Shown piece by piece: positions 9,601-17,880 of a stretch of 58,730 nt of DNA. Position 1 is the first letter of the stretch. The number at the start of each line of letters is the position of its first letter. The translations under genes were made by a program, and so were the position numbers. Under the pieces are notes generated by a model that saw nothing but the letters and a program-made list of their open reading frames with translations, made no database searches and was not told the DNA's origin. The DNA comes from Candidatus Woesearchaeota archaeon. GTDB taxonomy: Archaea; Nanobdellota; Nanobdellia; SCGC-AAA011-G17; JACQNH01. The stretch covers positions 1 through 58,730 of the forward strand of contig JAHFIJ010000001.1 in assembly GCA_023246445.1 (NCBI GenBank), read 5' to 3'.

Positions 9601-10448
9601 AAAGACTCATCAGCTACGCAAGGAGATTCACTGCATATTTTTGCAGCCGCATTATAATTTAATGGTTTCGTAGGGCATCCACCAAGATCTTCATGTGTAT
9701 AATCCACACCAGTATCAATAATTCCGATAGTTACTCCTTTTCCAGTTAAACATTCTTTTCCAGATTCCAAACAATTATTTCCATCAGCATCCAGCTTCCA
9801 TACCTGATCAGCCTTAATTAAAGGAACAGAATCAACTAAAAGAGCCTTAACCTCATAGTTTGGATAAACATTTTTAACAGAAGACAAAGTAGATAATTTT
9901 TTAGCTTCTACCTCAGAAATATCTAAAGCAAGACCATTAAAAGTGTTATAATACTCCCCCAGTATTATGCTCTTTTCTCCCCCGCCTACAGCATTTCCTG
10001 AAATTAAATTAGATTTACCTAGTTTATTTAAAATATCTTTCTTTGCATTTGCATGTTCCTGTATTAATTGAGATTTCGTAAGCACTGGCCTTTCCACAGT
10101 CTTAACTTCAGACGCTATTGTTGATTTCTTAGCTCTTGTAACTGCTACCCCCTGCTCTCTCTTTATTACAGCAGTTTCCACTGTCTCTGCTTTAGCTAAC
10201 AAAGGCTTACCTTTAAATTCTATAATATAACCCATTGATTTTAATTCTTCTTTAGCACCTTTTGTTTCATGTCGACTACCTCCCTTAACACCATTATCTT
10301 TTGTTTGTTGCTTAGCTTCTTTTTCAAGAACAACATCTCCTGTAACTGACTTACTTGAAAAATTTTGAAAATCTACGAAATAAATGAACAAAGAAATAAC
10401 CAAAAAAATAATAATTAAATATCTTAAAGCGTTCTTATTTTCAGCCAT
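6684..10448 (-). CDS. secreted multidomain subtilisin-like (S8) serine protease with duplicated beta-domain and four C-terminal Cys-rich modules
   Basis: 1254 aa with an N-terminal TM/signal anchor. Catalytic motifs: IIDTGVDYTHEDL (Asp), HGHGTHVAATAAG (His), AAGNSGY (Asn), SGTSMATPHVSG (Ser). Confidence 0.9.
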   Translation of the reverse strand: MAENKNALRYLIIIFLVISLFIYFVDFQNFSSKSVTGDVVLEKEAKQQTKDNGVKGGSRHETKGAKEELKSMGYIIEFKGKPLLAKAETVETAVIKREQGVAVTRAKKSTIASEVKTVERPVLTKSQLIQEHANAKKDILNKLGKSNLISGNAVGGGEKSIILGEYYNTFNGLALDISEVEAKKLSTLSSVKNVYPNYEVKALLVDSVPLIKADQVWKLDADGNNCLESGKECLTGKGVTIGIIDTGVDYTHEDLGGCPTKPLNYNAAAKICSESPCVADESLIGGRDNIDWGNEPNQPNTIDIRCKDGIAGVYKQDESIESISVENLNGGRFGQGDAVKVNVKVYCWGPYDKLNLVYQNEDKIKVLESVNCNGEQQFEEFNFNVTLDNVDGYHVIRASFVYGGGLSPCGIGPYDDNDDVVLEVNRPSIPQQPESGPCDKVIGGYDFVNDDTDAMDDHGHGTHVAATAAGKGKLNGIAPDAKIYAYKVLNSFGSGSFAGVMAGIERSMDPNQDGDFSDHLDIISLSLGAGCGRYGLFCGPDDPMSKTIDTVVDNGVVAIIAAGNSGYWGIGTIGTPGTARKAITVAASDKSDNVAPFSSRGPIIWNDEYGQTRYLMKPDVTAPGVDICAAQYYYWLEGLRECNPEIENHIAISGTSMATPHVSGLAALLLQKNPDLTPLQVKLVLKSKTVDLGKDVNTQGAGRINALDVVSFRGQPAIAKIDTNGVVDGNNLEIKGTASGRKFSSYKLELGLGENPIEWGELTRSDKAVENGVLFFAEKLKLKKGDINVLRLKVFNTDGETTEDRNVIIDSGIGILNVAKICSESPCVADESLIGGRDNIEGGNEPNQPNTIQPFFCKDGGAGYYMSDESIESISVENLNGGRFRPGDAVKVNVKVFCWGPYDNFNLVYRTEKRDFSTIKAVLCKGSGLEDFEFNFNLDNTDGYHVIRGVFEFVGDSADKCGNGWYDDNDDVVLDVQPPCSDSDNGKNYYESGRVITGDNKIDDLCLAKDNIYTIIEENYCENGEAKSENYQCEYGCALSENGVAIGKCNGDGSLMECIDSDGDNGFTKGKVKAMAITLSGKEERFSKTDFCKDNQVIEWTCNQNKFVFNTIDCPDGCEDGACKTVNVCTDEGNEPDVKQKVIFNGVSYYDVCSSDKKSVLEQKCKADNTRGTYSIGCENGCDKGACKPRTCSDIDGDNIFSYGVVTFNGVDYKDVCASSTKITEQLCKPDKTRATKTVICPNKKKCSNGKCLK
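7518..7994. repeat. intragenic repeat copy A (domain downstream of the S8 catalytic domain)
   Basis: Encodes KICSESPCVADESLIGGRDNIEGGNEPNQPNTI...DDNDDVVLDV. The run at 7935-7994 matches 9586-9645 at 59 of 60 nt. Confidence 0.85.
9176..9645. repeat. intragenic repeat copy B (domain inserted between catalytic Asp and His)
   Basis: Encodes KICSESPCVADESLIGGRDNIDWGNEPNQPNTI...DDNDDVVLEV. Long near-identical DNA runs are shared with 7518-7994. Confidence 0.85.
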
Positions 10449-10485
10449 TAAATCATCCTCTTTTAACTTAATTTAAACAGCGTTA

Positions 10486-10540
10486 AATCTTATTTATAAA
10501 TATTACTAACCACTAATAAATAATTAAAAAAAAGAAAAAG
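10486..10540 (-). promoter_or_regulatory. duplicated promoter block (copy 1) upstream of the S8 protease gene
   Basis: The ~55-nt block aatcttatttataaatattactaaccactaataaataattaaaaaaa(a)gaaaaag contains TATA-like TTTATAAATA on the minus strand, ~45 nt upstream of the ATG. A conserved GAGGATGAT Shine-Dalgarno follows. Confidence 0.7.
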
Positions 10541-10545
10541 GGAAG

Positions 10546-11937
10546 TTATCCTAATGCAAAGCTATTTGCCTTTACCCCACATACATTTTCAGCATCACAA
10601 TGCCCTTCACATGATTTAGCTGCGTATTGCAACCATAATGTAGCAGACACATGAGTCTGACTCTTTCCAGTCATTTGGATATTATCATTACATATCCAAC
10701 TAGCTTTAGTCACAGTAGTTATATTAGCTATTACAACTTTTGTGTCTAATAATCTTCCAAGCTTATCCAGGAATTTTACTTCAAAGTTTTTATTCCCACT
10801 AAGGCTACAACTAAATGATGCAAATCTAAATGCATGTTCTAATGTTCCGGCAGGGAAAGTCTTTGTTATATTACCATCCCCTCCATTATCATCTATGTAT
10901 TCATCAGTTCCGGGAGAAACTTCAGTATCATTGAATGCGCATCCTTGAGGTATATTTACACTAACAAAATGCTCAAATGGATTATTTTTTGCACTACCTC
11001 TGATCTCAAAGTTGATATTAGCCTCTAAATTTGTAACTGCACTTCCTGCACTGTTGGTTATTGCAACACCACTCAACTCAGGTCTTGTAGATACAGCCTT
11101 ACATTGCCCACCTTTATTAGTTGTTTCACATCCAGTCTGACATATTTGCGTCTCAAATTTAGTAGTTCCTTGATCACAAAAACGCTCTATCAAACCTCTA
11201 CCGGGGAACACAACATCCGAACATACATCTTGATCTCCACTACCATCTTGTGCAGTTGTTGATCCGGCTTCAAATGGATTTACTCCACCATCACTATCTA
11301 TACATCTACAATCAAACTCTGCTCTCTTTGTCCCCCCAATAACTGTAGTTGTTTTCTTATCATTACAATTACTGCTCCATATTATCTTTTCATTTTTCTT
11401 ACCCTTTATATTCTTAACAATACAACTCGTAAAATCAGTTGCATTGCTCTCACAACTCCCTTTTTTAGATACACATCTTTGTTGGACTATAGCTCCGGTA
11501 AATTTGCAGGTAACATCCTCTTTAATTTCAACTGTAGGTGTAGGTTTAGGTGCAGGTGCAGGTTTAGGTGCAGTTTGTTTTTTACATACAAAATTTGCAA
11601 CATTATCTTTGCCCATTTCAGTCGTATCGGAACGGACTACGCTGCATGTGCTTGACCATATAAGTTTTGCACCTTGTCTAAGATTAACATTTTTAATTAC
11701 ACAACTTTCAAAATCATTTCTCATGCTTCGACAAGAAAATCCATTAGCCATACTATTTCCATCCCAACATGTTTGTGAAGAAGTCGCACCATCAAAAACA
11801 CATTTTATTTCTACTGAAGTATCTACGGATTTTTTAACTAAATTACCAGTTAAATAATCAAGAAATCCTGCAGAAACAAAAGAACTCAAAACAACAACAC
11901 TTAAAATCGTAAAAAATAATATCATAATTTTTCTCAT
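10546..11937 (-). CDS. secreted Cys-rich protein with internal duplication and one CxDSDG module
   Basis: Signal peptide MRKIMILFFTILSVVVLSSFVSA. Two related Cys domains are separated by a PAPAPKPTP linker. Start moved to the ATG at 11937 because GGAGG lies 9 nt upstream of it; the track ORF extends to 11946. Confidence 0.6.
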   Translation of the reverse strand: MRKIMILFFTILSVVVLSSFVSAGFLDYLTGNLVKKSVDTSVEIKCVFDGATSSQTCWDGNSMANGFSCRSMRNDFESCVIKNVNLRQGAKLIWSSTCSVVRSDTTEMGKDNVANFVCKKQTAPKPAPAPKPTPTVEIKEDVTCKFTGAIVQQRCVSKKGSCESNATDFTSCIVKNIKGKKNEKIIWSSNCNDKKTTTVIGGTKRAEFDCRCIDSDGGVNPFEAGSTTAQDGSGDQDVCSDVVFPGRGLIERFCDQGTTKFETQICQTGCETTNKGGQCKAVSTRPELSGVAITNSAGSAVTNLEANINFEIRGSAKNNPFEHFVSVNIPQGCAFNDTEVSPGTDEYIDDNGGDGNITKTFPAGTLEHAFRFASFSCSLSGNKNFEVKFLDKLGRLLDTKVVIANITTVTKASWICNDNIQMTGKSQTHVSATLWLQYAAKSCEGHCDAENVCGVKANSFALG

Positions 11938-11994
11938 CAAAATCATCCTCCAATTTTTATTGTTAACTAATATACACCAAATATAGTATCAAAT

Positions 11995-12048
11995 AATCTT
12001 ATTTATAAATATTACTAACCACTAATAAATAATTAAAAAAAGAAAAAG
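11995..12048 (-). promoter_or_regulatory. duplicated promoter block (copy 2) upstream of the Cys-rich secreted protein gene
   Basis: Near-identical to 10486-10540, differing by one A in the A-run. Confidence 0.7.
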
Positions 12049-12049
12049 A

Positions 12050-12502
12050 TTAATTTAGAACATCGCATTCTTCTAAAAACCCTTCTCTCTTAATATCATC
12101 TATCACATAAAACACTTCCTTCTTCTTAATTGGAAACAAACTCTCAAACTCCTCCATGAAATCCTCCTGCGATTTCAAATTCCTAAAAACTGCCTCAAAC
12201 TGAAAGTCATATCCATTATTAATCCTATAAACATTATTAATATTTGGATGGCTTACTAAATAATTTAACATTCCCTCCCTCTTCCCTATTACAGTTTTTA
12301 ATACCACATTAATTCTTGTCACAAATCCCAAACAATTAAAATCAAGTATTGCAGTAAATTTCTTAAACAATACGCCTCTCTGGGCCTTTAACTTCTCATA
12401 TAGCGTAGATATAGGGATATTGGTTTTCCTTGCTATATTTGTCAGGCTTGTTCTTGCATCTTTCCTTAAACTTACCGTTAATAATATATCAGATTTTTTC
12501 AT
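12050..12502 (-). CDS. Lrp/AsnC-family transcriptional regulator
   Basis: 150 aa. N-terminal HTH (LRKDARTSLTNIARKTNIPISTLYEKLK) plus a C-terminal RAM-like domain. Confidence 0.75.
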   Translation of the reverse strand: MKKSDILLTVSLRKDARTSLTNIARKTNIPISTLYEKLKAQRGVLFKKFTAILDFNCLGFVTRINVVLKTVIGKREGMLNYLVSHPNINNVYRINNGYDFQFEAVFRNLKSQEDFMEEFESLFPIKKKEVFYVIDDIKREGFLEECDVLN

Positions 12503-12668
12503 TTTTACCTCCGAAATTCCAACTTTTTTATTATTTTTTCAATTTTATTGGAATTATTACAGAAAAAGTGAAAGATTTATATTAATCCGATTAATATATT
12601 ATTATAATTGATTATAACATTATAATTTTTAGCAAAGATTTAAATATCTTAGAACTATAGCCATTTTA

Positions 12669-13583
12669 ATGAAAAGAAAAGTAGCTAAAATAGGCCCAAG
12701 CACATTAATGATATCATTGCCTAGTAAATGGTGCAAGCATTTTAATATCCAAAAAGGCGTTGAATTAGAAGTAGAAGAGCAGGGCTCAGAATTAAAAATA
12801 AGAACCAATGAAAATAAAACAGAATTAGAAACTACAGTTGATATAAGTGGATTATCGGAAAGAACAATCCAAAGGCTTATTGGTATGCCTAATAAAGTGG
12901 GTTATGATATTGTAAATATAAGACACGAGAATAGTCAATTAGAGGATATCAATAGGATCTTCAAAAATTTGTTTATCGGCTTTGTAATATCAGAACAAAC
13001 TGGAGAAAAAACTATTTTAAAGAAAATTTCCAACGAATCAGAAGAAGAATTCGATTCCATCTTAAGAAGAGCATTTCTGATTACGTTGAATCTTGCCGAG
13101 ACAACTGCAAAATTAATTAAAGAAGGGCAACTATCAAAACTAAAAGATTCATTAATGCTTGAAGTATCTAATAACCAACTAACTGATTACTGTCATAGAT
13201 TGCTAATAAAATTTGGTTATAAGAATTACATTAAAACAAGTTTCTTTTATGTAATTGCTTGGAATTTAGAAAAAATAGCAGACGAATATAAAGACTTAAT
13301 AAAATATTTCAGTAACAAAGAAAATGTTAAGCTAAACAAAGACATATTAAATTTATTAGAAGATATATCTAAAAAATTCAAAGTTTATTATGAACTATTA
13401 TATAAATTCGATATAAATAAACTTGAAGAAATAACTTCAGATATTAAAAAACTTAAAGATAATCTAATTAATTATGAAAATAAATTAACCAAAGATGAAA
13501 CAGTAGTCTACGCCTATTTATTAAAAATAGCAGATAGGTTAGATAATTTCTCTTCAAATTTTGTTGCTGTTAATTTACAATAA
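12669..13583 (+). CDS. AbrB/SpoVT-domain plus PhoU-like domain regulator
   Basis: N-terminus KVAKIGPSTLMISLPSKWCKHFNIQKG (swapped-hairpin AbrB type). The rest is helical and PhoU-like, the common archaeal 'phosphate uptake regulator' architecture. Confidence 0.7.
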   Translation: MKRKVAKIGPSTLMISLPSKWCKHFNIQKGVELEVEEQGSELKIRTNENKTELETTVDISGLSERTIQRLIGMPNKVGYDIVNIRHENSQLEDINRIFKNLFIGFVISEQTGEKTILKKISNESEEEFDSILRRAFLITLNLAETTAKLIKEGQLSKLKDSLMLEVSNNQLTDYCHRLLIKFGYKNYIKTSFFYVIAWNLEKIADEYKDLIKYFSNKENVKLNKDILNLLEDISKKFKVYYELLYKFDINKLEEITSDIKKLKDNLINYENKLTKDETVVYAYLLKIADRLDNFSSNFVAVNLQ

Positions 13584-16413
13584 CCTTTTTCCCTAATCCC
13601 TCTAATTCATAAGTATAATCTAAAGACCTGTTTATTCTACTAACATCAGCTAGTTTATTCTCTTCTGCAGTTTCCAAGGATTGTCTCAGGGAAAATAAGA
13701 CCCCATCAATTTCCCACTCTCTGGTTTTTCTTCTCGGATCCAATAAATTTGGGATTATTTGCACCATTCTCAAAGCAGAAACACTCACTTGGCCACCTAA
13801 ACCAGCTTCACTAAGCTCTTTTCTTTTAAACCTATCAAACCCTGATATATAATATTCAGCGATTTCATATTTTTGTTCCATAGATAATTTAGAAAATCCA
13901 AGCAAACAATAAACATCCATAAAAGGATGCCAACTCTCTTTCGGTTCCAAATCACATCTAAATAATTTATCACGATTATCCTCGGAAACTACGCCCCAGT
14001 TAAGAGGATTAGGATCAGTATTTATAACCGCAACCCCATTAAGATAAGGTCTTGCCATTTCAAGAGATAAATTAGCTAAATCAGCAAATCTTTTATCAGA
14101 ATACAATTTTGTAAATTTATTTATTTTAGTTAATGTAACAACTTCTTCTTCCCTACTCTTAAAATCTCCTTCTTTAAAAGAATAAATCAAATGCATATAT
14201 TCAACAACCTTCTTTAATTGTGTAAGATCATCCAGATCAATTTCCTTATGTTTTTTATATTTAGTAGCTAAAACCCAGTCATCTCTATCCTGAAAAACAG
14301 TTAAAGGATCTGGTGCTAAAAATTCAGGATGATCTCTTACAGCTAAAGCTAATCTGGAAGTTATATCTAATTCTCTTCTCAATTCTTCTCTGCCATTAAA
14401 TTTCAAAACATAATCTAAAAGTTCTCCCCTGACATGCTTAACAACATGCGTTGAATCCAAACCTTCAATTTCAAAATGCCTATTAGATATTAATTTAATT
14501 ACTTCATGCCATTGTTCATCAGCATCTTCAAAACCATTTTTACTCAAAAATTCAGCATAAAGGCAGTTATGCAAAAGGTCATCTGCTAAAGATAAACATT
14601 CCTTCCATCTCTCTCTTGCCTTTTCTTTTTTGCCTAATCCAGAATACAAAATTGCTAATCTTCTTTTGTTTTCCAGATCCGGTTTGCCTTCAAGATTACT
14701 AAAAGTAAACACATTTAACATTTTTCTAAAAAACCCTATACTCTTAACATCAATATCATCAGCCTTTTTTAACACAAGAAAAGCATCTTCCATTCTTCCA
14801 TTTTCAGCCAATAACCCCCCTAAATGTAAACATCTGCTCTTCTTCACAAACATTGAACAAGGTCTTGAAACTATTCTTCTATAAAATTTAATTGCTTCTT
14901 CTAAATTTCCATTAATTTTATTACGATAATATTTAATGTAATCCGGTAAATTTCTTATTCCATTAAATAAACTTCCGGCAAAACTGCTTCCTAAAGATCC
15001 TGCAATACTATAAAACAAAAAATGAGTCATATTTTCATGAAAACTTAATTCATTCAAGCTAACCCCTTGTTGATTTGCTGCACTAACTAATCCATAAACA
15101 CCACTTAAAACTCCAACAGTTAAAGGGTAATGCAAAAATGGTTTTGAAATTAAATTTTTTATAGAAAAATTATTATCAGTAGATTTAAATTCTTGATTAG
15201 CTATTGAAATTAAAGAACTTTTTAAAAAGAACGCAGAAATTGCAGTCATCTCCAAAAACCAGCTGATATCTGGAGTTTGATAATCTATAAATCCGTTATC
15301 TGTTTCATTTAACCTAAAAAATTGGTTAATATGTAATTTTTCTATTACCCCGGCGCTTATTAATCCCCCTAATAATGAAATCTTATTTATTTTACCTAAT
15401 AATCCCTCAATTGTATTCTTGCTTTTCTTAAATAAATCTCTTTCAACAGAGGCTTTCAAACCCAAATAAACTAAATAAGGAAGATAATATACCCCTCTTG
15501 AGGGTTTTAAATCAAAAATATTCATTGTAACCGCAGCTAATGGCAAAGTTGCAATTCCTATTGGTATTGAATAATCTGCAAGTTTCTCTAATGTAATATT
15601 CAAAAGTTTACCTTTTTCATCCTTATATTTATTCCAAGCCCACCATCCGGCTGTGTCTATCAAGCCTAAAACTACACCAAGATCATGCGAGTGTAATACA
15701 GTAGCCAAAGAATAAACCGTTAATGGCTGCATCTGATTTAAACTAAAATTAATAAATTCTCTGCCCGCATCTTTAAGAAAAGGATTAGGATTTTTATATT
15801 TTTTTCCTTCTTTTAATAAGCTGTCTAATTTAACACCTCTCCTCTTCTGTCTGCTGGATCTTTTAGAAATTGTATTTAAAACTGAAAAAGCTAAAAAACT
15901 GGAAATAAATGGAAAAGAAAGAATATTATCATCAAAATGTCCAGAAGGTGAATCAAATTGAGAAATATAACCTATGAAACTTCCGGATAAAACAGCAAGT
16001 AAAGAATAATGAGGGTTATTTACTGCTAAATTTTTCGCTTTGCCAAAGACTTTATTTAAAAAACCAAACTTCATTCTTTTTAACATTCTTTCTGCATCTT
16101 CTTTTACATCGCCATTTAAATCATCTAAAACATTTTCTAAATTTATTTTAGCATTTTTATAATCGCCAAGTTCATATAATGTTCTCCCCTTAGCATACCC
16201 CACAAGTATTTTTTCATCTCCAGAAGCATTCTCAAATGCATTACTAAAATTTTTAAAAGCTAAATGATCCTCGCCTAAAGAAAAATGCATCACACCTAAA
16301 CTGAAAAATCTTGAAAAGTCATCAATTAATTCTCCATAAATACCTTCAGCATCACTAAATTTTCCTTCGCTAAAAAATTTATCCCCTTGAAAACTTAACT
16401 CTTCTTCTAACAT
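13570..16413 (-). CDS. TPR / polytopic membrane / TPR / APH-like kinase-fold protein
   Basis: 947 aa. TPR-like N-terminus, ~8-10 predicted TM helices, a second TPR block. The C-terminal ~300 aa has YVLKF (Lys), INTDPNPLNW (DxxxxN), CDLEPKESWHPFMDV (D-x-E...D), matching the aminoglycoside/choline-kinase-like pattern. Confidence 0.6.
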   Translation of the reverse strand: MLEEELSFQGDKFFSEGKFSDAEGIYGELIDDFSRFFSLGVMHFSLGEDHLAFKNFSNAFENASGDEKILVGYAKGRTLYELGDYKNAKINLENVLDDLNGDVKEDAERMLKRMKFGFLNKVFGKAKNLAVNNPHYSLLAVLSGSFIGYISQFDSPSGHFDDNILSFPFISSFLAFSVLNTISKRSSRQKRRGVKLDSLLKEGKKYKNPNPFLKDAGREFINFSLNQMQPLTVYSLATVLHSHDLGVVLGLIDTAGWWAWNKYKDEKGKLLNITLEKLADYSIPIGIATLPLAAVTMNIFDLKPSRGVYYLPYLVYLGLKASVERDLFKKSKNTIEGLLGKINKISLLGGLISAGVIEKLHINQFFRLNETDNGFIDYQTPDISWFLEMTAISAFFLKSSLISIANQEFKSTDNNFSIKNLISKPFLHYPLTVGVLSGVYGLVSAANQQGVSLNELSFHENMTHFLFYSIAGSLGSSFAGSLFNGIRNLPDYIKYYRNKINGNLEEAIKFYRRIVSRPCSMFVKKSRCLHLGGLLAENGRMEDAFLVLKKADDIDVKSIGFFRKMLNVFTFSNLEGKPDLENKRRLAILYSGLGKKEKARERWKECLSLADDLLHNCLYAEFLSKNGFEDADEQWHEVIKLISNRHFEIEGLDSTHVVKHVRGELLDYVLKFNGREELRRELDITSRLALAVRDHPEFLAPDPLTVFQDRDDWVLATKYKKHKEIDLDDLTQLKKVVEYMHLIYSFKEGDFKSREEEVVTLTKINKFTKLYSDKRFADLANLSLEMARPYLNGVAVINTDPNPLNWGVVSEDNRDKLFRCDLEPKESWHPFMDVYCLLGFSKLSMEQKYEIAEYYISGFDRFKRKELSEAGLGGQVSVSALRMVQIIPNLLDPRRKTREWEIDGVLFSLRQSLETAEENKLADVSRINRSLDYTYELEGLGKKVIVN

Positions 16414-16431
16414 TTATTATCCCCTATCACC

Positions 16432-17391
16432 TCACCAATCAACATCTATCTGATCTAATCTTTCATGCGGATAAAACCCTAACTTTCTATTTGTCTTGTT
16501 AAATTCTAAAACTCCCTGCCATGCAATCATCACAGCCTGATCTCCTGAATATTGCAATGGAACAGAACAAAATCTTGCATCTCTTTCTCTGCACATTATG
16601 TTTAGCATTTCAACTAACCTTTTATTTGCAGCTACCCCCCCGATTAATAATAATTCACTTTTTCTCGTATGTGCCAATGCTCTCTCAGAAACCTCTGTCA
16701 ACATTGAAAATAAAGTTTCCTGCATTGAAAAGCATAAATCTTCCTTTGAAATTTTTTTATTCTTAAAATCATTCACGGCCTTGGTTACAATCCCGGAAAA
16801 AACTAAATCCATCCCCTTAACAGTATATGGTAATTTATAATATTTTCCGGATTTAGCTAAATTTTCTATTAGTGGCCCTGCAGGAAATCCTAACCCAATA
16901 CCTCTTCCAAATTTATCCAATGCATTTCCCAATCCTGTATCTAAAGTTTCTCCTAAAACCCTATATTTTTTATTTTCTAAAACAATAATCTGTGTATTTG
17001 CACCAGAAACATAAATATAAACCGGATCTTTTGCATTTGTGAATAATAGGCCAGAAGTTAAATGCGCAACAGCGTGATTTACTGGGATTAATGGAACTTT
17101 TAAATCTTCAGATAATTCTTTTGCAGCTTTAAAGCCAACATTTAAGCATGGCGGTAATCCGGGGCCTCTTGAATAAGCTATAAAATCTATCTTCTTTTCT
17201 TTAGACTCTTCAATAGCTTTTCTTATTATTTCATTTTTTACTCTTTCATGATGTTTTGCAGCCTCTATGGGTATTATTCCACCTTCTATTGTTTTATACA
17301 TATCTCTAACATCACTTAAAACAGTTCCTTTTGAAGACACAACTGCAGCTCCAAATGTATGAGCTGTGCTTTCTATTCCTAAACATATCAT
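16432..17391 (-). CDS. kae1: tRNA N6-adenosine threonylcarbamoyltransferase Kae1
   Basis: 319 aa. MICLGIESTAHTFGAAVV N-terminus and ASKHA fold motifs (HAVAHL, GGVAAN). Confidence 0.9.
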   Translation of the reverse strand: MICLGIESTAHTFGAAVVSSKGTVLSDVRDMYKTIEGGIIPIEAAKHHERVKNEIIRKAIEESKEKKIDFIAYSRGPGLPPCLNVGFKAAKELSEDLKVPLIPVNHAVAHLTSGLLFTNAKDPVYIYVSGANTQIIVLENKKYRVLGETLDTGLGNALDKFGRGIGLGFPAGPLIENLAKSGKYYKLPYTVKGMDLVFSGIVTKAVNDFKNKKISKEDLCFSMQETLFSMLTEVSERALAHTRKSELLLIGGVAANKRLVEMLNIMCRERDARFCSVPLQYSGDQAVMIAWQGVLEFNKTNRKLGFYPHERLDQIDVDW

Positions 17392-17524
17392 AAATTCGCT
17401 TATACAATAACTTTTAAAAGGTTTATTGTTGCCTGTAAGCTATTGGATTACTAAAGTTTTTTGTTCTTTTAATTTTCTAAAATCCTTCAAAACAGTTCAC
17501 TTTCTGAAAGATCTTCCTATGGAA

Positions 17525-17674
17525 AACAATGCAGGCTGTCCCGCAATTACAAAAAATGTATACTGGCAACATCCCCCAATTGCTAATCTTACAAAAAAGG
17601 TCGTGCCAAAATGCAAAACAAGAGATGAGTGGGCAAAAATAATTATGTGACAGCCTGAGGAATTTAACGGAAAC
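17525..17674. repeat. 150-bp direct repeat, copy 1
   Basis: Aligns without gaps to 19542-19691 with about 16 mismatches. The central 107 nt has only 3 mismatches. Confidence 0.85.
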
Positions 17675-17880
17675 CTCGTTGCAGTTTGGTTTCCCAAATT
17701 TCTTCCGTTTCGCTCTAGAAACTTCTGTTAATGCCGGTGTTATCAGCAATAGGATTTTCAATTTACCGACGAAAAAAAGTCAGAAGCACCCCCACCACCT
17801 CGCACTCGTTTTGCTCGTGCGAAAAAAAACAAAACGAAAAACAAAGATTTATAAATATGTTCTGAAATGCATATATTAAG

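Noticed and set aside
17532-17658. A 9-bp long-range stem CAGGCTGTC/GACAGCCTG closes repeat copy 1, suggesting a ~130-nt structured RNA.
   Set aside because: In copy 2 the corresponding positions carry non-compensatory changes (one G-U, then three mismatches). The helix is not supported by covariation.
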